Source: Octopus sinensis
Taxonomy: Eukaryota
Length of the DNA: 64,000 bases
Reading direction: 5' to 3'
Assembly (NCBI RefSeq): GCF_006345805.1
Contig: NC_043003.1
Coordinates: 58,342,001 to 58,406,000, forward strand
Positions 12,480 to 24,580 of the stretch are shown here, one piece after another. The notes beneath the pieces are model-generated. The model made no database searches, had not been told where the DNA came from, and was given only the letters and a program-made list of their open reading frames with translations. The number at the start of each line of letters is the position of its first letter. Within the stretch, counting starts at the first letter, position 1. The position numbers and the translations under genes were made by a program.

Positions 12480-13389
12480 CGGCGGGCTCCTTTCAGTTTC
12501 CGTCTACCAAATCCACTCACAAAACTATGGTCGGCTCGAGGCTATAACAGGAGACACTTGCCCAAGGTGTCATACAGTGGGACTGAAACCGAAACCATGT
12601 GGTTGGGAAGCAAGTTTCTTACCACATAGCCACGATTGCCGTTGTTTTTCAACCATCGCCCCCTTTTGACAACCTCATTATCGTCCCCACTTTTCTTCAG
12701 CACCCCTTGGATCTTTCCACCGCTCCCAGAAAGGCAGTAGCGCCCACTTTGGGAACCACTGTGTTAAACCCTGGATGAATCAAGAACGCAGTGGAGGACT
12801 ATAGATGTTTCAACAAGACTCAGCACGTTATCACAAAACTCATGTAACCCAAGAATGAGCGTTAGGCAATTTTCACCAAATACCAAACTTGTGGACTTCA
12901 AACTCACCAGATTTAAATCCTATGGGATACTACGTTTCGCTCATTGGAAGGGAGTCTAATCGACATCCTTATACTATCATAGTATCACTGAAAACCGTCA
13001 TTGCTCTGATGATGTTCGAAATGAAGAAGGACCATTTAACGCATGCGCGTCAGTGACTTCGGTCCTGCATTGAACCAGACAGACATCTAAGCTGAAGGTG
13101 GATTCTTATAAGAAAACTTAATCAAGAACAAGTGCACAAATGTATATTAAAATACATTTGGTTTTTTTTATGGATTAAAACTGAATTATCCAAATATGTC
13201 CTCAAATAACCCCCAGTATCCTGTGTGTGTGCGCGGGGGGGTACATATATATATATGATTTTGATTTTGATTTTTCCAGTTTCAGCTTATGAGCTGTGGC
13301 CATGCTGGGGCATATATATATATATAATATGTATGTATATAAATATGTATATATGTATGAATATGTATGTATGTATATATTTATACACG

Positions 13390-13424
<35 letters not shown>

Positions 13425-13488
13425 GTATATATAAATATAAATAAATATATATATATATGAATATGTATGTATGTATATATTATACACG

Positions 13489-13542
<54 letters not shown>

Positions 13543-13549
13543 AATATAA

Positions 13550-13599
<50 letters not shown>

Positions 13600-13607
13600 T
13601 ATATATA

Positions 13608-15225
13608 ATCTTGCCCTATACCATTGCTTTGTTGATTTGAGCAAAGCATTCGATATTATTAATCGAAATGCTCTGTGGCTACAGAATTCCTTAGAAATTC
13701 TGTTGTCCAGAAAAAGTATGTAAATATGATCAGGGTTTTGCATCACATTATGAAAGCTAGAGTTAATTTTGGTGGTTGGTGCTCTGGATCTTTTGCCGTG
13801 GAAAATGGAGTAAAGCAAGGAGACCTTGATGCACCCACCCTCTTTGCAATATACTTTGCTGTTGTGCTGTCACACGCTTTTTCAAAACTCCGAGGAGGTC
13901 TTTACATAAAATATCGAACGACAGGGAATGTTTTTAATCTGACCAGACTGAAATTCAAAACTAAGGTTTTTTACTTCCCTCATTAGGGAACTCTTATACG
14001 CTGACGATTGTGATCTTGTCAGTCATTCTGAAGCAGGTCTGCAATTTTTTTATATCTGAATTTCAATCAGCTTATGATGATTTGGGCTTGACCATCAACT
14101 TGAAAAAACAGTTGTAATATATCAACTCGCATGTGGTGCTGTTTGTAATCCACCTAAAATTTATGTTAAGGGTAAGTTACTTGAGGTTGTTGATTCTTTC
14201 ATCTACCTTGGAAACTCTGTACAAAATGATGGAAATCTGGACACAGAAATACATCTGCGAATTCAAAGGGCACCACAAGCATTTGGTGGTTTGGAGTCAC
14301 GAGTTTGGCGCCAGTGAGATATAAATAAGAATACAAAATTGGCTCTTTACAAGTCTTTGTCTTACCATCCTTGTTGTATTCTTCTAAAACATGAACATGT
14401 TATGAAACGCATTTCAAATTGTTAAAAACAATTCCACGAAAAATGCCTTCGTCGCATTTTAAACATTAAATGGAGTTTTTTTTTTACTCCAAACACAGTT
14501 GTCCTCGCGTCTGCAGGTATCACTTCAATTAAAGCAATGATTCTGAAAAACCAAATGAGATGGCCTGGCCATATTGTTCGAATGGCGGGTGAACGCGCAC
14601 CCAAACAGTTGTTTTATGGTAAGCTTATAGAAGGGAAATTCCATCGGAGTAAACCTAAAAAGAGGTTTAAGGGCGGCATAAGGACTAACATGAAGTCACT
14701 TAGAATGGATTCAAAAGACATAGAAACCCTTGTTTCAGATCGAGCTTGATGGCGAACAAAAGTGTGGAGTGGAGTAAAAACATTTGAAGAGACCAGGATA
14801 ACGCATGCAAGACTCGAGAAATTTAAGGAAGAATGTAACGATTGAGAAGAGAAATTTCAGTGACCTTTTTGCGTGCACAGTTTGTGACAGATCATACCTT
14901 TCTATTGCTGGGTTCAAATCACATTTGCAGACACACGAAAAACGAACCTCCACCAACTATTCTGCCTATATATCTGTGCACACCGTTCAATGCTATGTAT
15001 GCCATAAGGTTTGCAAATCTAACGGAGACTTCAAAAGATATTTTAAGATCCACAAAGACCAGAACTTAACTGTAGCTTTTGATGGTCCAAATCGGATACT
15101 CAATCTTTGTAGGGGGCTTTTCAATACATTGTCTTGTTTAAAAAGCCACATCACACGCCATGATGAATCTAAAGTGGTCAGGCTCTGCATAAGGAGTAGA
15201 CAACCACCATATATATATATGTAAA
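13608..15225 (+). mobile_element. RTE-clade LINE, 5'-truncated relic (RT domain to C-terminal C2H2 fingers)
   Basis: [61 protein letters not shown]...KPKKRFK, then three CxxC...H fingers; multiple frameshifts. Confidence 0.9.
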
Positions 15226-16049
15226 GCAGGCATCTCCCATTATTGGAACTGTGGTTATGGAATTACGCTCAGAAAAATGTTAAGTATAATTCATAATTTC
15301 AGGATACGGCCTGCAATTCCGTCATTACAGAAACTTCGATATATTTCAATGATGCTTTAAAAAATCACAATGCGTATATATACACATATACGAATACATT
15401 CTTTTCCTCTTTTTAGAGATAGCATATACTTGGTGTGGCAATTCAATAGACTCGATTGTTTCTTTTGTAATTTCTGTTTTCATTCTCAGTATATTTTTGT
15501 TGCATACCGCCTACCAATTCAATTCTTTAACTTTATTATATTTCTCATTCTAGCACCTACCTATTCCCCTTCCTTCCACACACACCTTCTTTTCCATAGC
15601 TTTCAACTTTCTTGCCAACACATAGCCATTCTGTGCATGCAATAATTCCATTGATTTTGTTTTTCATTGCTTTCAATATTCTTACCAATTCTCCCTTGGC
15701 CTTTTTTTGTGTGTGCGTGCACCAATTCAACTGACCTATGATGCGACATTCAAGTGCTGTTTGGATCAATATTAAGTTCTACCTTCTTGCCTCGTTTTTG
15801 GTAAAAGTGATCAATACCAACAATGATGTGGACATTACTGGAGATAGTGAAAAGTTTCTGCACTTTATGCGTGCAACATTTCAACTGACATAGCCCTCAC
15901 ATTCGTCCTATCCACGACCTTCTTCCGACCTTGTTTGTATGTGTACCGATTCAACTGGGTCTTGCTACTTTAATCATATACTACTTCCCCCATATTTTGT
16001 AGCTTACACCCTTTCACATCATTCCACCATCATTTTATTTTCTCATTTC

Positions 16050-16255
16050 TATTCTTCTGACCTTAGTAATATTGGGTTCAAATTTTGGAACAAGGCCAAC
16101 AAATTTCTGGGGAGGAGAAAGTCGATTACATTGACCACAGTACTCAAATGGTACTCATTTTATCGACCCTGAAAGAATGAAAGACAAAGTCGACCACAGC
16201 GGAATTTGAACTCTGAGAGTAAAGATGGCTAACGTTTCTGCCATCTAGCCGCCTT
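16050..16255 (-). mobile_element. SINE family B
   Basis: tttatcgaccctgaaagaatgaaagacaaagtcgacc...ggaatttgaactc. Confidence 0.8.
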
Positions 16256-16839
16256 TATATGTTCATAATAATATTTGCAAAGAAATTGACAGTGTATAAG
16301 TGTTAATTTAGCAAAGTTAGGGCAAAACGCTATTTGAACTCTATGCACTGAGTTCAAATAACACCGATGTTAACTTTGTTTTTTAACTTTTCGGAGTCGA
16401 TAAAATAAAATACCACCAGGATGTTGAATCGGTAGAATCGCTGGAGGTTATTGTGATACTTTGTAGTGTTTAATTTGGCTCTGAGTTCTGGAGTGGCACA
16501 CTTAAATCAGTCTCTCGATTTAACACCTTAGGTATCTTCATCTGAGTTCACTTGTTTTGGAAGCATTCGGACCAGATCTCTAGTTTAAGAATAACTTCTC
16601 CACTCGCTGCGAACTGTCTCGGAGCCCCCGAAAAAAATCGGAGAGTCTTAAACACTGTCATTGTCTGTAACTAAACGGTAGAAAAATAATTACCTTACTT
16701 TTATGGACGAAGAATATCTCTCCTTTCGTTGAATTCTATTGTTTTAGTATTTGGTGTGGAACTAATGCCATTGTTGTTGAATTTAACTACAAACGTGCAC
16801 TGTATAGTACATTATCATTCATTAGCGAAGACGACTGGA

Positions 16840-17670
16840 AGGAGTCCCTCAAGTGGAAATTAGATTAGTGATGTAGATAAGAGTCGTGAAGAGACTACGG
16901 TCGCATGCAAAACTTTGTCTTACAGGTTTGATGCAGAAAAATAACTCATATTGTAAAAACATTAAAACTTGTAACGTCTACAATAGAAACAACACATGAC
17001 AATAAAGAAAAAAGTTATGTCACGTGCTTAATTACTATTTTTATAGAACTGATGTGATACTTAATATGGGGCAGTTTCTGAGTGTGTGGCTCGACAATGA
17101 GATTGGATGTGATGTGCTGGTAAACGCATTAGTCATTCAAGCGAAAGCTAAAAGTTGGTATGATGATTTTCAGAAAGAGGAGGGTGCAACTTCTGATGCA
17201 AAACTGATTCTGGCTAGTAAAGGCTGGTTTAAAATGTTTAAGAGGTACCTTCATTTACCCAGCATTAAAATGGCGGGTGAAACTATCTTGCTGATAAAGA
17301 AGCTGAAATTAATTATCGTAAGAAGCTAAAGAAAATGATTGCTGAAGGAAATAAACATACAACGTTGATAAAATTGGGCTTTTCTGGAAGTACATCCCGG
17401 ACTTTTTTTAATGTTTAGTGAAGTGAAATAAAAATCAGGTTTTAAAGCTTCCAAATATCGTCTGACTTTTCTTGCGGGAGGAAATGATACTTATGATATA
17501 CTCCAGATAATGGATCAAGCCGTTACAGCGTATTTCAAGATATATTTCTGAGAAGAACTTTGAAATAAAAGCAATTAATGGGGAGGGTAAATATAGAGTT
17601 AGAAACTTTTGGAAGAATTTCAACATTACGGATGCTGTTTATAACATAAGAGAATCATGGGATGAAGCGA
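16840..17670 (+). mobile_element. Tigger/pogo transposase relic (CENP-B HTH plus partial DDE, internally deleted)
   Basis: LSVWLDNE...IQAKAKSWY...ASKGWFKMFKRY; DKIGLFWKYIP; GFKASKYRLTFLAGGN; MDQAVTAYFK; FWKNFNITDAVYNIRESWDE. Confidence 0.85.
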
Positions 17671-17671
17671 A

Positions 17672-18645
17672 GGCCCTCGACTTCGACGGAATTTGAACTC
17701 AGAACGTAACGGCAGACGAAATACCGCTAAGCATTTCGCCTGGTGCGCTACCGTTTCTGCCAGCTCGCCACGAAATACCGCTATGCATTTTTTCCGGCAT
17801 GCTAACAATTCTGCTAGTTCGCTACCATCAGGAAGACGAATAATCCTTTCTACTATAAGCACAAGGACTGAAATTGCTGTAGAAAGAGGCTAATCGATTA
17901 CAGCGACGCCAATGCTCAACTGGTACTCATTTTATCGGCTCCGAAGGATGAAAGGCAAAGACGACCTCGACAAGATTTTGAACTCAGAACACAAAGCATT
18001 TTGTACGACCCGCTGACGATTCTTCCGGCCTCGCTGCCTTTAACAATGATGGTTTCAAATTTTGGCACAAGGCCAGAAAGTTCGGGGCTAGGAACAAGTG
18101 AATTACATCGACCCTAGTACGCAACTGGTATTTATTTTATCGACCTCGAAAGGATGAAAGGCAAAGTCGACCTCGGCGGAATTTGAACTCAGAACGTACA
18201 GACAGATGAAATGCCGCTATGAATTTTGTCCGGCATGCTATTGATTCTTTTCTACTCTAGGCACAATGCCCGAAATTTTTAGGGGAGGGGGCCTAGTCGA
18301 TTAGATTGACTCCGGTACGTAACTGGTACTTAATTAATCGACCCCGATAAGGATGAAAGGCAAATTCCTCGGCGGAATTCGAACTCAGAACGTAAAGACA
18401 GACGAAATACCTATTTCTTTACTATCCACAAGAGGCTAAACACAGAGAGGACAAACAAGGACAGACAAACGGATTAAGTCGATTATATCGACCCTAGTGC
18501 GTAACTGGTACTTATTTAATCGACCCCGAAAGGATGAAAGGTAAAGTCAACCTCGGCGGAATTTGAACTGAGAACGTAACGGCAGACGAAATACCGCTAA
18601 GCATTTCGCCCGGCGTGCTAACGTTTCTACCAACTCACCGCCTTT
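17672..18645 (-). mobile_element. Cluster and multimer of SINE family B
   Basis: Repeated cgacccc gaaaggatgaaaggcaaagtcgacctcggcggaatttgaactcagaacgta units; head at ~18590-18645. Confidence 0.9.
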
Positions 18646-19604
18646 AGACAAATAATAAAATCATATCCCACCTGGCTCATATTCCTACCCTGAAAGAACA
18701 GAAACTTGATACCATTGTGTCTGGAATATGTCAGAGAGTGTTGTAATCATTTGGATCAATTTCACATGAGTTTTCAATATTTACTAAATGATTAATTCGG
18801 ACTACGATTATACAAAACTCCTTTTAATGTAATGCCGCATGAAGTTCTTGATATCTTGCGACTCGAGTTTAATTAATTTGTAATCAGTTACTTCAATATC
18901 CAAAGTTAATAGTTTATCTACTTTGGAATTTTGTAAATCTTATGCAGATATTGAAAAATTTTCCACTTTTGAAGAATCACGTATTGAAAATTGTATCACT
19001 GCTTTCTATCACTTACTGATATTCGTAATATTAAATTTAACTGAAGAACAACTTGCGTGCTAGACTTACCGATAATAATCTTGCAAAGTAATTAGGAATT
19101 ACTGCACCATCAGTCGTGTCTAACATCTTGGAGTTTTCCAAACTAAAGCAGAATCAACATTCTCATTAAGATGCAAGGTAAGAAGTTTCATTAAATTTAA
19201 AACATTATACTTTGTGGCGTCTATGGAGTTTCACTATTTAAAGTATTACAATTACTCGGTTAATAAATGCATTATACGATTTTAATTAATGCTACTTGGT
19301 GTGATTGCATGCATACCTATAAATCTCGAAAATTAGAGATTAATTATATTTTCCTTAGCACAAAGTCGCCCCTACAAGTTGTTATGTACTTGTAATTCGT
19401 TCTGGGTACTACCCCCATCTCAATGTTTGTTTTGTTTTGTTTTTTTATTGTTTTTGCGGTTGCTGGAACAGATAGAAAAATAAGATTCCTTTAAATTGTG
19501 CACGTTGTTTTAAACGAAAAATGGGGAGACATTAGACAATAGAGTAAAAAAAATGATTAATAATAATAATAATAATAACAACAACAATAATAATAATAAC
19601 AGAA

Positions 19605-19858
19605 ACAATTCTCATCATAGTAAGCGCATTAGGTATGATAAAAAAACAATCAGACAAATACATAACAAAAACACCAGGACTTACAAACACATATAACATA
19701 CAGAAAATTGCACTAATGGGCGCTGCACACATCCTACGCAAAACACTTTCAATACAGTAAACTATAAGAGCATCACAGCCAACCACAGCACATACCCAAA
19801 GCACACTGAGCTGCGCTCAGTAGTGGAGTGAAAGCACGCTATAAAAATAAAACTACCG
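19605..19858 (+). mobile_element. R4/Dong-like non-LTR retrotransposon 3' end embedded in (TAA)n
   Basis: IIVSALGMIKKQSDKYITKTPGLTNTYNIQKIALMGAAHILRKTLSIQ* (stop 19758-19760); (AAT)n on both sides. Confidence 0.8.
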
Positions 19859-20395
19859 AATAATAATAATAATAACAATAATAATAATAAACAGGATGGT
19901 TACGGTTAGAACGCTTTCAATCAAAAATCTTCTCAATTAGATTGACGGAACTAAGCAACAATAAGAATATTTTTATACATGCAAAACTATAAAACCTTTT
20001 CATTTTTTTTTAAAAGGGAGATAATTTTAATATATGTAGAGGCCGTTTTTTGCTAGAGTAGTTTCCCTTGAATTTTTTTTTAACTAGTTATTTTTCTTTA
20101 GCGTAGGACTGTTTTATTTATCATTTATTTTTTGCAAATTTTCAATTCGAAACCTCAGATCAGTTGTTTTTTTATTCTATAATTGCCGTTTGTTGAAACA
20201 CATTGCCTTCTATACTGAACTCATGCGATAATTGGCATGCATTTAGCCAGCAAGTGTTACTGCTAAAGTTAAAGCTGGTTAACTTCAAGAAAAACGCTGG
20301 GAGATAACACATCTGTAATTAAAGCTCCAACCATTCTCTGTATCTTTGTCTGTTTCTTTCCCTCTGTCTTCCTTCTTCCCTCCCTCTCTCTCTCA

Positions 20396-20560
20396 CTGCT
20401 ATAGCGTAACTGTCAGGAGGTCGAATGGAGGCGGCAGTGCTTTTTAGGGGCGGCACTTCTGAGTGTGATGTATAAGCCTGTATAGGTTTTGGTCCCCGAG
20501 TGTGTGTGTGGTAAATTAAAAGGCTGCCTCGGGTGGCACACTTCCTAGCTACCCCACTGT
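20396..20560. mobile_element. Possible hAT-type MITE
   Basis: Right end cctagctaccccactg resembles the reverse of CAGTGGCGTAGCTAGG; left end degenerate. Confidence 0.35.
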
Positions 20561-21016
20561 CTTTCTCTCTCTCTCCTTTTTCTACAGCCATAGTGTATCC
20601 GAGACTTCATTAATTATCCTATTCTTACCATTTTATTTTTTAAGTCAGGTTGTGATTTGAGTATGATTTTTATTGAAATTTCAAGCAGGTCAAGCGATCA
20701 CAAAGGTACAAGCACCTTCATTAGTGAGTGCCTTAGTGCAGCGTGGGGCATGGCGAGCGGGAGCCTCTGACTGGAGCCTGTGAGGATTGAAAAGGATCGG
20801 GTGGATTTCTTGTTCCATAAAATTAATTTGTTGGTTTCTAGTTTTGTAAATTTGTCAATCGTTCTGACTAGCTACTCTAGTGGATGGAGACAGATTTGTA
20901 AGTTTAAGATTCACTCGTCTAGAGAGTGAAGTTGGTCACCATTTTTATTCTATTCTCGGATACTGCCACCACAGTTCACATGAGGATAATCCTCCCGAGA
21001 AAGGGATTAACGCAGG

Positions 21017-21083
<67 letters not shown>

Positions 21084-21269
21084 TTTTCTATATTTACATT
21101 GTCGAATGCTAGATCGAACTCGTGGCTAGACTTGCTACAGACAGTGCCCTTATCTTCACAAATTCCGCGGTGCCACCTTAAAAGAAAACAAGAGAAAAGT
21201 ACATCTAATAACGTAGCCTTAGATGACCTTAAAAAAATTATATAATTATGAGTTGTAATTTGTTCTTAG

Positions 21270-22220
21270 ATCATAGGTATTCCGCGGAGTACTGTGGAAG
21301 ATTTTGCTAGAATCTAGAATTAATAAGAATTTTCTGGTTGCTGTGAAGTTCTTTTACAAATGCTCAGATGTTTGTGGTTGGGTAAATGGTGCTACGTTGA
21401 AACCTTTCAATGTAGCCGTTGGGCTTCAGTAGGGAGAGAATGTCTCGTCATCTTTTCCTTTTCATAATTTTGATGAACTGGATTGATATGCGCGGCCGTT
21501 TTGGTAGTGGTTTCTCAATCAGTTGTTGTAGGATCGGCTGACAAATATTCGTAGACATGCACCGACTGGACTCATCAGAAGATGGTTTTCAACATACACT
21601 GAATGAGTTCGCTTCCGAGTGCTGCTATAAGGCAGTGATGAGAATTAGTGTTGTGAAGACTGTGACATTTGTCTTCTCATGAAATTCTGCCCATTACACT
21701 CTGCATGCTAGTGGAACATAATGGAGACAAGTGGAGAAGTTTAAGTACCTCGGGGCTGTATTCACGAGTAATGGGAGACAAAAGGCTAGAATGGTAGGTG
21801 CTGGCATAGTAATGTGCAAGCTCCAGAATTTGATCCTCAGAAGAGGAGAGGTTGGCAGTAAGGCCAAACTTGCTGTCTTCAATTCGGTTTCCGTGTTTAT
21901 CTTCACCTTTGGTCTTGAATGTAGGGTAATGACCAAAAGAGTATTATTGCGAATACTAGCAGGCGAAATGGAGTTTCTCCGAAGAGTCTCTGGAGTAACA
22001 GAGTAAGTAGCTCGGGGATTAGGGAGTCTCTAGGTTGGAGTCTTTCGCTGCTTCGCCTCATTGAGAGGTCACACATCCGGTATTACGGACATTTGATTAG
22101 AATGTTACAGGAAAGAGAATCGCAAAACGGATTCTTTAAGCCGAACCAAACGGCAGGAGACCCAGGGGTAGACTAAGAAAGAGGTAGTTGGGTAATATCC
22201 ATAGTTTCGGTTGGTGGCAC
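21270..22220 (+). mobile_element. RTE-clade LINE relic (RT and C-terminal region)
   Basis: VEKFKYLGAVFTSNGRQ, KAKLAVFNSV...GLECRVMTKR...AGEMEFLRRVSGVT, PNGRRPRGR. Confidence 0.85.
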
Positions 22221-22359
22221 TTGGGGGGGGGGGAGATGGAGAGAGAAGGAGAGAGAAGGAGACGGGGAAGGGAGGTGGGAAGGAAGGGAGAGAGCAGAAT
22301 CATAAGCACGTCGAACAAAGCGCACATTTTGATACCAATTATTTATTCTCTAATATTAT

Positions 22360-23288
22360 TATATTTATCTCTTTATTGCCCACATAGGGCTATACATAGA
22401 GGGGACAAACAAGGACAGACAAAGGGATTAAGTCGATTACATCGACCCCAGTGCGTAACTGGCTCTTATTTAATCGACCCCGAAAGGATGAAAAGCAAAG
22501 TCGACAATGGCGGAATTTGAACTCAGAACGTAACAGCAGACGAAATACCTATTCCTTTATTACCCACAAGGGGCTAAACACAGAGGGGACAAACAAGGAC
22601 AGACAAACGGATCAAGTTGATTACATCGACCCCAGTGCGTAACTGGTTCTTAATTTATCAACCCCGAAAGAATGAAATGTAAAGTCGACCACGGCGGAAT
22701 TTGAACTCAGAACGCAGCGGCAGATAAAATACCTATTTCTTTACTACCCACAAGGGGCTAAACAAGGACAGACAAACGGATCAAGTTGATTACATCGACC
22801 CCAGTGCGTAACTGGGACTTAATTTATCGACCCCGAAAGGATGAAATGTAAAGTCGACCACGGCGGAATTTGAACTCAGAACGCAGCGGCAGATAAAATA
22901 CCTATTTCTTTACTACCCACAAGGAGCTAAACACGGACAGACAACGGATCAAGTTGATTACATCGACCCCAGTGCGTAACTGGTACTTAATTTATCGACC
23001 CCGAAAGGATGAAATGTAAAGTCGACCACGGCGGAATTTGAACTCAGAACGCAGCGGCAGATAAAATACCTATTTCTTTACTACCCACAAGGAGCTAAAC
23101 ACGGACAGACAACGGATCAAGTTGATTACATCGACCCCAGTGCGTGACTGGTACTTAATTTATCGACCCCGAAAGGATGAAAGGCAAAGTCGACCTCGGC
23201 GGAATTTGAACTCAGCACATAACTGCAGACGAAATACGGCTACGCATTTCGCCCAGCGTGCTAACGTTTCTGCCAGCTCGCCGCCCTT
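22360..23288 (-). repeat. SINE family B head followed by five tandem body units (periods 184, 169, 168, 168 bp)
   Basis: cgaccccagtgcg at 22443, 22627, 22796, 22964 and 23132; tRNA-like head at ~23210-23288. Confidence 0.93.
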
Positions 23289-23924
23289 CTAATATCATTA
23301 TGTAACCAAATATCCATAAAGAAAAAGATATTAACTCAACTTCAATGACACATCAATTTTTAAAACTCTTAAGAAACTTTCTTTCCGTCTCTTTACGTTC
23401 TGAGTTCAAATCCTGCCAAGATCAACGTTGCCTTCCATCGCGGTCGATATAGTATAGTACCTGTCAAATAGAGAAGATCGATGTAACTGACTTGTTCCCT
23501 CCTCTCAAAATTGCTTGCCTTGAAACCTGGAACGGAGTGGGGGTGGGCATAGTGGGGGGTGGGGAATGAAAGTAAAGCTCACATTCATTGAAATAATTCG
23601 TCACAGCTAAATTCTTGAGTGACTTCCTTAGTGAATTTTAATTTTGGTCGGAGTGCAATGTGTTTTTCATCTCCAGGAACTCCTCTCCCTTCCATTTTAG
23701 TTAATCCATTCTCGATTTACATTACTGCTTCAAAACACAGTCTCAGTTCGTGCCAGTCCATAAACGAGTAGTTTTCTAAATCAATTTATTCGTGGGTTGT
23801 TGAAAAAAAAAACATTAGATCAATATCTGTTTTGAGATAGAAATGATATCATATTGACGTGGTTTAACATAATTTTTTTTTTCTATTATAAGTAGAAGAA
23901 CTGACATTTTTTTTTTTATTGCTG

Positions 23925-24090
23925 GTGGCCAGTCAATTACATTAACTCCAGTGCGCAACTGGTATCTAGTTTATTGACCCTGTAGGGATGAAAGGCAAAG
24001 TCGATTTCTGTGGAATTGAAACTCAGAACGTAAAGCGATGGAAGAACTGCCGCTAAATATTTCGTCTGGCGTTTCAGCTCACCGCCTTCA
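23925..24090 (-). mobile_element. SINE family B, degenerate
   Basis: gggatgaaaggcaaagtcgatttc...gaaactcagaacgtaa. Confidence 0.7.
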
Positions 24091-24179
24091 CGTGACTTAA
24101 TATATATCTTGTTTCTTTTACCAACATGGATTTCACAGTACTTCAAGAGCCACGTAGAAATCAACCTCTACTATCCATC

Positions 24180-24493
24180 CCCATACACACCTATACGTGT
24201 ACGCGCGCACACACAGACATACACACACGCGCGCGCATATACATACGCGCAAGCACACAGACATACACACACGCACACACACACACACACATACGCATAC
24301 CCGCATACACATACGTATACACACACGTACACACACACACAAACACGCATTCACACGCACACACACAGAGGCATACACACACATACACACACACGCATAC
24401 ACACACAAATACGCACACTCACACAGACATACACACAGGCACACACACACACACTCACGCACACACTCACACACCACACACACACACACACAC

Positions 24494-24529
<36 letters not shown>

Positions 24530-24580
24530 ACACACGCACACACACGCACGCACACACGCACACGCATACATGTATACAGT
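24180..24580. repeat. Degenerate (CA)n microsatellite tract
   Basis: Direct inspection. Confidence 0.95.

Larger units (their letters stand above)
11517..13420 (+). repeat. Near-identical tandem duplication, period 963 bp (11517-12479 and 12480-~13420)
   Basis: cggcgggctcctttcagtttcc at 11517 and 12480; the copies differ mainly by homopolymer and microsatellite length. Confidence 0.95.
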
